A stretch of DNA of 64,000 nucleotides from Trichoplax adhaerens (lineage: Eukaryota > Animalia > Placozoa): contig NW_002060953.1 in the NCBI RefSeq assembly GCF_000150275.1, positions 2,035,429 to 2,099,428 on the forward strand, written 5' to 3'. The first letter of the stretch is position 1; every line of letters starts with the position of its first letter. The notes beneath the pieces are model-generated. The model was given only the letters and a program-made list of their open reading frames with translations, was not told where the DNA came from and made no database searches. Positions 25,116-38,400 of the stretch are shown piece after piece. The position numbers were made by a program, and so were the translations under genes.

Positions 25116-27620
25116 CGCCATCATAAGTTTTCTTTCGATAGCATACTGTAGGCAAAATGATGGCTTGTTAGACTGCGCATGCTTTAAGAGATAATTAGGT
25201 AAGATTCGTCACAGTAATACATGTTAGTTGGAAAGTAAGCATAGCTAAAATAGCGACGTATACATCCAATTTAGGTTAAAGTAGCTCAATTGCCTAGTTG
25301 CTTAGCTATATCTGGTTCTCTGTAAATTTCTTGATAGTTATTCACTTTATGTTTACATCATCAACAGAAGTCCGTACTACACGTTGATGTTAATTTAATT
25401 TAATATCATACAAATTTTTATTAGTACTAAAATCGCTCAAAGGAACATCATGGGTAACGATAATAAGCATTATGCTTTTATCAAGCTATTATATGTTTGC
25501 AGCTCAACGTTACAAATTATTTAAAATTTTAAATAAACTCTAAATATTGCTTTAATATTACTCGATTTTTAATTACACACAATTATAGAAAATTGTTGGT
25601 CGGCAATTACCTAGATTGCTTGTAGTAGGTATAGTCATAGAAGTGTTCAATTATAATAAGAATTCATTATAATGGATAAAGTCATATCGCCAAATAAATC
25701 AATAATTACAAACTACAGAAAGTTGATTCAAACAATTTTATGGCAATCAAGTAGTTTTAAAATTTTGCTCAATATTATTAAGCACAGTTTTAGTCCTATA
25801 TTAAATAAAGACTTTGGTAAAATTATAATAATTAAAATAACATTGACACTATATCGTGCAAATAGAAGTACACTATCTTTTCTATTAGTATAATACACAT
25901 TTTCGATTAATGAATGCAAAAATAGTTATCTACTTATTCAGAAGCTGTTGTTGCAGCTCTAAATACCTGTAGCTAGTTCTATTCGAAATTGATATTTTTA
26001 ATAAAGGATATTAAAAACTGTAATCAATAAATTAAATTCGTTCTTTTCTCTTTATACAAACTTATGGTTTTATACCTTTGGCTTGATTTAGATAAGTTTA
26101 AGAGTTCAATTACACGTTATGCTACATTACTGATAAACTACTGCTCAAACTTGCAACTGTTGCATGTCACAACTCAGTATTTGGAACAAGAAAAACACAA
26201 AGTCAAGTTTTGAACTAAAGTCGTTAACAACAATTATCTTTATTTAAGAGAAACTCTGACTATATAGAAAACTTCTATGTATTAAGAAGTTATTATTGCT
26301 ATCTTTATCTCCTAATTTAGAGTTTATCACTCTTGTAAATATGTAAACAGATTTTCTTCCTGTATACCACTTTTTCTAAGATTCTTGTCTAAGACAACCG
26401 TCGCTGACTATAACATCAAACATGTAATCATGATTACATTATCGAAATACTCTAATACTAGTTTTATTAAATTTATTATCAATAAAGTATCGGTATATTA
26501 GCAAATGCATAAAAATCTCCTAAAAGCATAAATGTCCTATTTTAAGAACTATTTTTACTAAAGTACAATTTAATGTCCAAAATTATAAAATTTATACTTT
26601 AAAATACTAATGGTATTGTAACTCTGCAACCTTGCCACACTGTTTTAGCTTCAGTTAGCAAAATCAATATTTATGATTTAATTACGAAAGAATTTAATTA
26701 ATATCTGAGTAACAATATATTTAGATATAAACTAGAATAACGGTATAATCTTATGATCCTACAGTCCTATTGAATTTTTTATGAGTTGTGAAGACCATTG
26801 AAACTTCATTACAAAATTTAAATTTTTTACAGAAAACTAAATATTTTCATATCATGAGGCCTCTTATATGATGGCATCAACTATCTTATCGCATATTGCG
26901 ATGTTTTGGAAGATTTGTGTTATCATATTTGCAGAAACTTCTTGATAATTATTTTATTAAAATAGTAGTTTTTATTGCAAGTAGTAAGGGAAGAAAACTA
27001 TATTAGGTGATGGTGTGCATAACGACGTGACTAATCAAATAGTAGTGACTATGTAAAGTAAGTAAAGCGAGCAATCTTGCCGCATAACTAGCAAAACCAA
27101 CCAATGATGCAAGTTTATGCTTTTATTATGTAAGAAGCACAACTGGAAGACAGTACTTGTAAACACGAATGGCTAATAAGAACATTTTACTTCTGTGTTA
27201 AGGCAATTCTACGATATCTTAAAAGAACATACAACGATATTAAAATGTAAATTGTTAATTATTATAGATTATACATTTATGAGGTTGAGCTATAGTGAAG
27301 AAGAGAAAAATTCTTACTAAGAATATTTTATACCGTATTTAGAAACATATACTACAAATACTGCTTTCAGAACAAATGCTATTTGAAACTATCACGTATA
27401 TTAGGTACGCTAGATTTCATTTACTTGATGTTCCATAGCAATAGAGAAGTTTTTGCATAACTGCAGTATTAATTACGGGTCGGAGCGTGATTTTAGAAAG
27501 AAGAATGACGCTACACTTCAGCAGAGCAATAACAAATTCAAGAAGTACTGTACCAATATTATTAACAGGTATAGGTTAACTAATATGTGCATAACATCAA
27601 TTATCTTAATGAGACGGATG

Positions 27621-29201
27621 CTATTCAGTAGAGATGGCTTTAATAAGATAATTATCATCATGATCTACCGAACAAGGAAAAATTGTGATTTGTTCTGATC
27701 AAAATAGAGTTGGCATGCGCCCATGACAAGGAATCTGAATTGCATGTAGCAATTTCATGGTGATATTGTCGTAAACGTAAGTAACGCCATTTTGTCGATC
27801 TGTAATAATATCCTCTTTAACTAGCATAAAGTATTTTAAGGTAGACGATGATAGAAGGTATAAAAGATTTTATTGAGATACAAGTTATAGGCTAACAATG
27901 ATATGGTTGTTATAGATAAGGTATTTGAGATAGCAGGAACGTAGGAACTGACTAACGAGTTAGCTTACAAGGGTATTTATAGGTTTTAGATGAGATTGAG
28001 ATAATGTCATTATATGTATAGCATGCCGTCTATATGTCGTCATGATGTCGTACATTATGAATGTAATGCAATACAGTACTTAAATGGTATATGATAAGTA
28101 TTCGTATATTAGGATATTACTATACTAAGTATCTTCTATATAAGATCATAATGTTACAGATCAAGTGCTATAAAATGTTTATTTGGCCATAAATCAGGAG
28201 CATACCATAAGCCTAATCTGGTGCTAAGCCTTAGATAATTTAGATCGCTTCCTTTCATTTAGGGTTGCAAGTCTTTGTTTAGCAACTAACAATTAAGAGC
28301 TATGATTAAAACACAATATTCAGCTACAATTACCGTAATTTATAACTGAAATTATTTGCTCAATAATTTATTCTTTTACCAGAATTTTCTTTTTTTTCAA
28401 TTAAAAATAATCCCTTACCCCTTCTGGGGCATACATAGCCTGAAGAAATGTTAATCATTCAATATTTGCAACAAATCTCTAGACAGCAAATATAGTCTTA
28501 TAAAGTCGCAAATTGAAATCAGTTAGTGTTCCATACGATTATGTTAGCGTATTCTTCTCTCCAAGTATTTACGATCGCTTCAAAACTATTTCATTTTTTC
28601 GATACCACATCTTTTTTAAATTATCATCCTTAATAGTTAGAATTTTGATACAGCAAAATATTTAATCACTTTCCCGGTTGTAAACAAAGGTTGACTTTGG
28701 TTTATTTAAGATATCGTCAGAGCCCAACTTAACCATCTAATATTAAGGGGTAAATATATTTTAGTCAAACACCATCATAAAGTGAGAAAACTTGAATAGA
28801 GCAGTAGCTCACTAGTAATATCTGAATTTATGTTACTTCCGTGTTATTAATAATAAGAAGAAATAAAAAGATAAATTTAGCGAAGTTGTTGGTTGTAACT
28901 GTTCCATTTAACTTTGTTATAGACAGCAATTTAAATATTATAAGATGAAAATTTAGTAAGATTTTTACCCATGGTATCCAGAATATCATGTCGGTTAATG
29001 ATGCGAAGACTTTTAATAGTTTCATTCATGTCAAATTCTGATTGATTACTTTCATGCAGAATGATCAGATCATCTTTGATCGTTTTACTGCTGAACTGTC
29101 CCTTTTTGGTTTTAGCTACCACTTGAGGATCCAATTTGCAGCTAATCTTGGCCAATCTTTGTCTATATTATTTGCTATAACATAGAATATACTTTTTGGA
29201 T
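27621..29201 (-). pseudogene. Internally deleted pseudogene paralogue of the Apaf-1-like gene (Death-domain exon plus the last three exons)
   Basis: DD exon 29201-28969 with a frameshift (SIFYVIANNIDKDWPRL...LRIINRHDIL vs STFHIIANKIGSDWSRL...LLAIDRYDIV). Then AIVNTWREEYANII|gt vs AIETWGEANAHIL|gt, AMYAP vs AMYAS, and LLNKDLQP*MKG...HFIALD/RQNGVTYVYDNITMKLLHAIQIP vs LLDHRLRVLMKG...YFIALDRWKSIIYFYDRFAMKLLNVIHIP. Several stops and frameshifts. Confidence 0.9.
27801..28158 (-). mobile_element. 358-bp solo LTR
   Basis: TGTAA...TTACA termini with a 4-bp GATC duplication (27797-27800 and 28159-28162). Minus-strand TATAAATA (27981-27974) precedes AATAAA (27874-27869). Removing the element restores the codons ALD-RQN of the host exon. 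Confidence 0.85.
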
Positions 29202-31221
29202 CTTTACGATAAAACATTACAATAACCATTAATAATTTAGATAGAAAGCCACTAGATAATTAACAGTACCGCTTCAATTATTTTCTTCCTCAGACTCAAA
29301 AATTTATTACTGTTAACAAATGATGCATTAATCGCATACATAATTAACGCAACCAACATTTTGAAAAAATTTTTACCACTATCAGTAATTCAATTAAGCG
29401 AACCTTATATATCTTGATAGAATGCAGTAGCAACTAGAACTTTAAAATTTTTTAGCTTTCTAGATCGTAACTGTAGTACAAAGACATTATTGCTATAATA
29501 TATTAATGGATCACCTGTCATCAATTGTTCCCTGAAATCTTGTTCCGTAGACATGATTTCATTTCTTAAGAATTGGTTTATCGTCGCTAAAATCAATCGT
29601 AATAAGACTGTTATGTACTTTCTTTAGTTTCAATAGTTGATGCATAAAGTATGAACTGGATGAAAGCGAGAGTATATACTTCGCACTAATCGATTTAAAT
29701 AAGATATAACTACAACACTCGGATTTGGCTATTTTTATTCAAGCAATCTAGAGGATCGTTTTACGAGAATCTTAAGATTGTATTATGATGTTAGCTTATT
29801 CTCAACTATGAGCAGGTAGTCGGTACAAATTTAGGCTCCATCTAGTTACTGTACTTTCATTATTTTCCTAAAGCTACAACTGCTGCTAAGCTTTGCTTCT
29901 GATTTCGCTCGCAACAATGTTTGCAGTATTTGTACTTTTCACGTTATTTCTCAATGCTTTCATGCTGCTTCGCAATAACTACTGTATTCTTATACGGATA
30001 GTACAGTAGGCAAGATGTTCAGTTTTATATAAGATACTAGTATCTATCTTTAAATTGCAACTGACTTAATTTCTATTGACTTATCTAACCCTCTATCATT
30101 GGTAGTTTGAGACCAACGTAATGATAAGATTGACTTCTTAACTTACGTAAGTCTGAATATCGTCTGACTGACTAATACCTTAAAGTCAACATTAAGCTAA
30201 ATTAATAGATTATGCTACAGAAAATACTACATATAGAAATTTCATTTTACGGCGTATCTGTAAAACTACGTCGGTTGTTTTTATATTTACAGTTACGAGA
30301 GTTCCGAAAATGATTTAAATTCTCAAAAGAAAATGCCTCTGTTAACGTACAGTATATTGGACGTATTGTATGAGAACGAATTCATCCGCGGATACGGGAA
30401 ATTCTGGAGGTAGTCCGACTAATGTACTCATTGGACTACTTCTGCACAAATAATCAATATCTGACCAGTATCCGGTAGTCCTGGGTTACTCTTTATTCAG
30501 GACTAAGTAATGATCCAAAATAACATTGAATATTATTAGAAATTGCGATCTAACTGAGACAATATAGATGACGATGAATCTTATGGATGCCTAATCAATA
30601 TCAACCTCTGTTTACAGAAATCGAAGTAGCATGCAAATCATCTAGCTATCATTTGGATTGTTATCTAGTTAGCATAATCACGAATTAATCTACTTTACAG
30701 TCAGTAGCGAACGATACCTTGATCGTTTTTCGCGTAGATAAATGTTCAAATCTGGAAAAATGCTGCAACTAATCCAGCGCGGATTTAGCTTTTGAGCGTA
30801 GTAGAAATCAGCAGCCAGATAGTATTAAATAAGTAATTTGGTGTAGTAGAAATTAATAACCTTACAGTAAATAGTTAAGAGTAAACTGCAATATATACCT
30901 GACACAATAGCATACTGTACAATGTACATGAGTAAACAGCATCGGGTGAAATATATAACGGAATACTCCAAGAGTGATTTGTAATACATTGCAATAGCTA
31001 TACTGTATACTGTACGGTAGAAGCTTACTTCATTTATTTTATAAAATACTGTACGGCAAGAGGCAATTTAGCTTAATACTTTAATAGACTGTCAAGTCAT
31101 TTTCAATGATAACATCGACTTCCTCGACATTATAACAAGTGGAAAAGTAAGTCATGCTGTTTGCATTATACGAAATAACATTCAAAATATCGAATAGTTT
31201 TATATCACGAATTAGCTGACG

Positions 31222-31600
31222 GTATATCAATCTCTTTTTATTGTTAATACCGTATGGATATAATTAATACGCTGTTTCTAACGCATACATTTGGCGTTTT
31301 ACCGCATGCAACTTTTTTTCATCCCGTTAATCGTGCATAATTATAATAAATTGGCGGCTTAACGGTACAGAAAGTACATAATAGTGCGCCTTTAATTAAC
31401 ATTTTGACATTCGCACCGTCATATTTGGCGTAATACAGTGTATCACTCTCTTTTTATATTTAATACTACATGGTTATGATTTGCAATTCGTTTTGAATGC
31501 TCACATTTGGCGTTTTACTACGCTGAATACTCTTTCAATACTGCTAATACTGCATGCTCATACTGTAATAATTAATTTAGCGGTTTTACTGTGGATCAGA
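31222..31600. repeat. Diverged two-copy tandem duplication, ~215-bp period
   Basis: TATCA.TCTCTTTTTA...ACATTTGGCGTTTTAC...TTGGCGG/TTAGCGG blocks recur at ~31225 and ~31441. Confidence 0.6.
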
Positions 31601-32437
31601 ACACAGTATGGACACACGTGAATTACTGCACTCAGTTTGCTAGGTACACATTCTTCAAGTTACGGTTATACTGTATCCAATGAACTGCTTAGTTTACGTG
31701 TCACAAACGAAATAAAGACTTATCCATTTCACAGAGGTAATAGATTGTAACTTTCTATTGCGCTAAGCGATCCTCATCAGGCGTAAACAATTTATGAAAC
31801 GAATCTTAAGGTCTGAATTAGAATTGACTTCAAGGGTAAAATAAGCACTTTTTGAGGTAATAATATCACCTAGCAAGGTACCAAAACATTCTGAGTGCTA
31901 ATCTTCGGAATGATAAGATGAACTATAGTAGCAATAGCATTATTTGATTAATTAAAATGGATGCAACCAGCTAGTAAATATGGTAGTAAAATTGAAATGG
32001 AAAGAAAAGGTCACTAGATAGTAACAGCTTTTATTACAATTTATTGGGAGTCTAATGCTAACAGAGAATAAGAACTAACTATTACCAGCAAGATTTCGCT
32101 TTATATACAAACGGCAAAAATCATCAGCCGTCTTACAAGTTTGTAGCTTCCTAATTAATACAATAGGAGCTTCTACTAACACTATAGTGCCTTACATTAT
32201 CGTCTGTCTTTCCAAATGCAGCATAGTTAACAACTGATTACATTGTTCAGATATACTTTTAGTCGATAACACTATCATAATCATCAAGATAGATAAGACA
32301 TCTCTACCAATATAGGATTTCCTATATTAACGTCAATAGCTATTTAACTTAATTAATTTCACTAACGCTACAAAATTCATTAAGCAAGCACTGAAGGATA
32401 TTATATAAAAGCCGTCAATATTTTTGTTCATTCAAAC

Positions 32438-35400
32438 TCACAAACCATAATACTCATCTTGGCTACTTGCCATCAAGTTAATTGACTGAATAAGGCAATT
32501 GTTATATTGACTTTGTTGGCAGCAAATTAATAGACACTGCTGTGGATTGAAGCAGACTTTCCAAGGTTGATAGTACGGAATATGGATCACATTTAATAAT
32601 TTCATTGCAAAGCGATCGTAGAAGTAAATGATGCTTTTCCATCGATCTAATGCAATGAAATAATCACTTGACCACAAACTGTCTATATCTTGTAAATATG
32701 GCCTGAAAGGAAGTCTTTGCATATTCTTCTCGTAACCTTTCATCAGAACTCTTAGACGATGATCAAGTAACTAGAATTTATGAAAATTTAATAACCAATA
32801 AATATTCAACTTTAGAACAATTTATTGGGTATTTACCAAACTTATTACTCTTATATCCTTAGTATGAAACCTTGCCACTTACTACAGTTTGCTTTCCTCG
32901 CACAATTAAAAATAATTCCTTGGCATCTATGGAAGCATACATCGCCTTAAGATAAAAATATCACGTGATGGTTATATTCTGACTTTATGCTGAACTTATA
33001 ACTTCCTTAAGCCACTACTTTGAATCAAGTAGTAATTCTTACTAATATGTGAGCATTTGCTTCACCCCAAGTTTCAATAGCATCATCCCAGCGACTGCAA
33101 TCCAATGACTTTGCAATAAACGTTAATTCACTGCTTGGATGAATGGGAACTGTCATTTTGCAAACTATTCTTTCCATACTACTATCCAAGGTATGGCTAT
33201 AAGGTGATTTGATCGAAGTGCAGTCTTGGCCCAATGTAAACCACTAATAATACGTAAAGTGTAAAGATATTTTATGACTAGGGTCGCTTTGAAAGATTTC
33301 GATATTGAACATTTTAATTATCGAATACACGAAAAATTCTTTAAATTCTATACAGATAAAGCAAATAACAGATATCTCATCGAGATTTTTAATTTATATT
33401 AGTTTAATTAACTCACTTGAATTTTATATTGTCTAACACCTTCCTCCATATATTGTCTAGTAATTAAATTATCCCCGTCACAGTATATAATGTCAATTTT
33501 GCCGCTTAATGTATTTTCACCATAGAAAATCTCTTGCTCATTTCCAAAATCGCCCACTCGAATAATGATTAACTGTTCAACTTTATACTATCACAGAGAA
33601 AAATTGCAAGAGTTGATGAGTTATTGTTGATTTAATTAAGAATCAGTGCAATTCCCTCATTTAATTACTGTCTTGAAAATATCGGTAAAGGATATAACTC
33701 AATAGCGTTGATCGAATTCCATCAAATTTGTTTTACATTTAGCTACTTTTAAAGATATACTATCATGAAGTAAATTGGCATCTTTGCACTCATTTCCTAC
33801 ACAAAAATGTATCGAAAGCTCTATATCGAACGATCAGGCTACATAACACGTCGCTTGATTCCTACCAGTTACCGTACACATAACAGTAGCAAAATAGAAC
33901 AACTAGGTATATTTTTAATATAGCATTTAACCTACATTGTAAAATGGCTAAAGATTTAGCGTATCGTTATCCTACAGTTTGCTAAAACTGTGTAACTTCA
34001 ATTCAATACTTTAAATGAACAGAACACTAGATATCTTTTCGATTAATATTTCTACATTGCAACTTACCAAAACGCGTAAAACAAGGATTACAGTATTTTC
34101 CTCTTCTCGGTATCTCGAAAAAAGGACTTCAATTTTATCCAAATCACAGTTTAAAGATTTTAGGTATACCTTGGTTGACTTAAAGTAAATGAATTCTCTA
34201 TCCAAATACTTATGATTAGCCAAGCGAGAAGGTAGATCAAATAAGATTGTTAATGATAAACAGGATAATTAGATAGGAATTATAACCGATCATGATTTCT
34301 CAAGATGCTAACAATTTTTTCGGACTAAGTAAAAATCAAGTGCTTCTAACTTTATCCAAATAGACCCAAATTGAAAATACCTGGATTTCGATATAATATA
34401 GACGGCCAAACGGTTCATAGAATAAGATTCTACTCGAATATCCTACTAGAATAGTCTGTTCATATTCACCAAAAATAAAACATAGCTGGGATGCAATTTT
34501 CTGATCCATCATATATTCCAAAGACTGCTGAAGGTTCATTCCTTCCCAAATCTAACCACAAGGTGGATGACATATCGTTACTTTCAATAACAATTTTGGC
34601 GTGCAGTAATGAATAATGAGTCTCTTAAATCTAGTCCATCACAAGGTTCGACTAAATTTACCATAACTCACTTTTAATAAAAAGTAGGATTTCTCTTCAT
34701 TGTGAAAGAATAGTGATGCTACTGGTTTTTCAGAACAGAAAGTGCAACTACAATCAATAACTTTAAGGTTATCTTCTGTATACGAACTTTCTGATTGCGG
34801 TCCGTTAGTAACATTCTGCCACTGCATATCATTACCTAAGATATCAAGCACGCCAGAGAATCAAAATAAAATCAATGGTACCATCACAAAAGTTAATATC
34901 TCGCAGCATAAAAAATTTAACGACTACTAACTCAGACCGATTCCAATTGCACTTTGGCGATACGATTCAGATGAGGTAAAATATAATAAGTGACTTGGAG
35001 ATGTAAACACCAGACCCATAAAATATTCTACAGTTTCGGCCATTAAATAAGGTACGATTCTTCTAGAATCAACTTTATATATCTAAAATTGAAATAAATT
35101 GTCTAAGTTTAAGAAAATAGCTAATATTATAGCTACTACTACCAACCACAACTTTTCCTGCCAATGTTGATGGATCCTGACCCTCTGATGACATTCCAAT
35201 GGCAATCCTTTCGTGATCGTCCGATATTGCAATATCTTGCAGTCTTTCCGAAAATCGTTGATGAAGTAATTCTTTGTTAGTTTCATTAACAAACCGAAGT
35301 ATTAGTTTACCATGATTATTTATTACAGAATCATGAAGATTAAATACTTCATAAGCTAAGACGAAAATGGAAGGATTTTGATTGATATATTTTATGCAAG

Positions 35401-38400
35401 TTAAACAATAATCACAACTAAGTTGTTGATTCGATTCGTCTCGGCTGCAGTCTGCCTTTACACTCATATACGGATAGACTTTGAGCTCTTTCTGAGATTC
35501 TACATGATTCAAGTTCCAAATCTGAAAATGAATTGCTCCACATCAGGGATCAAGTAATCAATATAAATTTTAAGAATAAAGTAATTAGACCCAAAATAAC
35601 CCCACTTTGATTTGACATTTTTCTATTTGATCCAATTTTATGAAACGCATAAACTTGCTATATTCGTAGCTACAAGACCAAACTAAAAGCTCTGAGGAAT
35701 TAGTTGCGAATTCGCATCTCCTAATCACTTGCTGACAGCGTATAGATTGGTTCGTATTTGCGACATTATTACCATTGATTCTCCAAATCTTGACGTAATA
35801 AAATTATCAGTTAGAATTTACCAAAGGAGTGTTTTGTTACTACCACCAACATTTTTTAATTAATGATACTGTCAAAGTAAAATCTTTTTACTTCCATTGC
35901 TTTAATGCCAATATCATTAAAATTTCACAGCTATTACTTCATGAGAAATAGGGAAATTGATGAAACTCTGAACATAGAAAAAAGTTCTATTCGCGATATC
36001 GCGTACCGTTTCATTTAATGAAAATTAATTTTAATTGTTCTAAACTTAATCAGGGAAAATTGGGTGAACTTTAGGCTACTGGAAAGCTCAGTGCAACACT
36101 AGAAATTGAGGTAGATTCTATTCTCACATTTCCTGGTCATGCGATGCAAATTTCACTTCGCATGCCGAAATTACAAATTACAAAAACTAAGCATAGGTAT
36201 ATCTAGTAATGTCAACAATACTTGGACGAACGACTTACCACAATTTCCTTATCCTTGCAAGCTACCAGTAATGGATTAGAATCCAATTCTGGACAAAATT
36301 CCAACGTATGACATATTATGGAATCTACTGTTCTTGAAATTTGTGAAGAATTGATAGCAAATTTAACTGGACACTGTGAATCAATATTCAAAACTTTCCA
36401 TTCCTAATTATAAAATACGTAAAGTAAAAAATAGCATATAAGTTCAGTATAGCAAAGACAACCTTTTCACTTTTTATAAAAGAAATTGGATCACAACATT
36501 TACGTCTAGGTTGTATTTGTAAAAGTATTTATGTGAATTGAATGTAAACTCTCTTAAAATTATCTTACAGTTTTGCTGCAAGACCATATTATTTAAACGA
36601 AGTGTAAATCATGTAAAATAAAACTGGTACTAAAGTGACTACTTAATTTACCAAGATATCGTGACTGCGATATATTCCGTATGCAACAAGTTGTCCATCA
36701 GGCGATATTCTAACTTCAGAAATTAGTCGATTTCCAAGATCGAGCCTGAACACTTCCTTAAACTGTTGATCTTTGCTGTCATTAATATACGCTTTCACCT
36801 ATACGTATCGGTATATAATAATAAGGAGGAGACACCATCTTAGTAATGTTAAAATATATAAAGATTACATTTAAACAATCGCTATATAAGGTATTGCAGA
36901 CGTTAATCAGCCATCAGTATTTCATAATATAATAAAGTTGTAGTATAAAATTGACGAAAAATTCACTGTTTAAAGAATAAAATTTCATGTAATCTTACGA
37001 TAATGTTGCAATTCTCGAACTGTTGACTGATTCCAACGATTCTAAAATTATTTTTACGGGATTTACAGCATCTAGGTAATACATCGGATTCGTATAACCC
37101 GAAATGCTTTGACGTTTTAAAGGAACTCTCTTCAATATTTTCGCTAGTATAGCTAAGAAAATGTCCAAATATTTTAACCGCATTTAATCATAATAATGAG
37201 CAATAGCATCAAAATTTCTTTACGATCAGAATATATAAACTTACGCTATAATAGAGTAATACGCTCCCTTATTGATTTTTATATTAGTACGAGCCAATTC
37301 AGTTGCTCTATTAGCTATCCAACTTCCTTTTCGAGAGCAATTCAATAAAAACTGTACTACATCTAACGATGCCCAATCAAGGATACCATCATAACGACGG
37401 AATAAATAAAGTAATTCTTGAATATTTGTTGTGCTCTACAAAAATATCAGAAGTCAATTTAAAGTAACGTCCTGTTTGTAAGATTAATATTCCAGTAGAG
37501 TTCCTGTATATTTGCAAATTTTGTTTTAAACTAAATTTTGATTTACTGATTTTGGTTAGTGAAAACTGGCGTTAATTTACTGCATCTAGCTATCCTAATC
37601 TTACCTGGCGTTTTCTTACTAAATAGTGAATGTATTCTTGCAAACTAAAATCTAGATAATGCAGTGATTTGACTTCATTTACATGAGCTGCTATCCAGTT
37701 AAAATCTCGAAATAGAGTATCCAGTAATTCGTCAGCTTCGGCATGAATCGCGTCATATACGAGATACTGGTGGTAATAATTATCATTTTGAATGAGATGC
37801 CAATTCCCTTCACATTGCCATTTATATCCTCCTATTAGTTTCCTGTTGAGCTCACGGCTATAGTACTCAGAGACCTCACTACTATCTTCTGGCTTTTGCA
37901 AATAATCAATCACTAAATCATGTAGGTAAATTGTTCTAGAAAGAATATAATAAAAATAGCAGCTTTTTTATTAATTTAGAGTAAAGCTTGTACTGCTCAA
38001 ATTTCTGTAGAAGCATCCAACTGGTACGAACACCAAAGTAGTATTTGAGATGGTGCCTCAAATAAGGTTAAAGTGCTATTGTTGTTAGTTATCGATTCGA
38101 ACGAAACTGACATAGTTAACTAGTTCAATAAATGAAAAATTTGCTGATACTTACGCCTTTAATTTCAAATATTTTACCAATCTGCGCTGATGAAAATACT
38201 GTAGTAAATGAATAGCTTCATCCTGACTGCATTTCCATATAGCGGCAACTGAAGAAATTGTAATTTGCACTGGTCGAAATACACCCAGACATCGGAATCG
38301 CTGCCTTTGGTTATCATCTAATTGCTGGATAGATAAATTGATGATTTCCTTTGCTCCATAAGTGTTATTATATATATTGTCAATGCCATGCGTTTCCGAT

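Noticed and set aside
30370-30453. ADTGNSGGSP resembling a trypsin/HtrA catalytic Ser motif
   Set aside because: 27-codon frame with no His/Asp exons or splice support; likely chance
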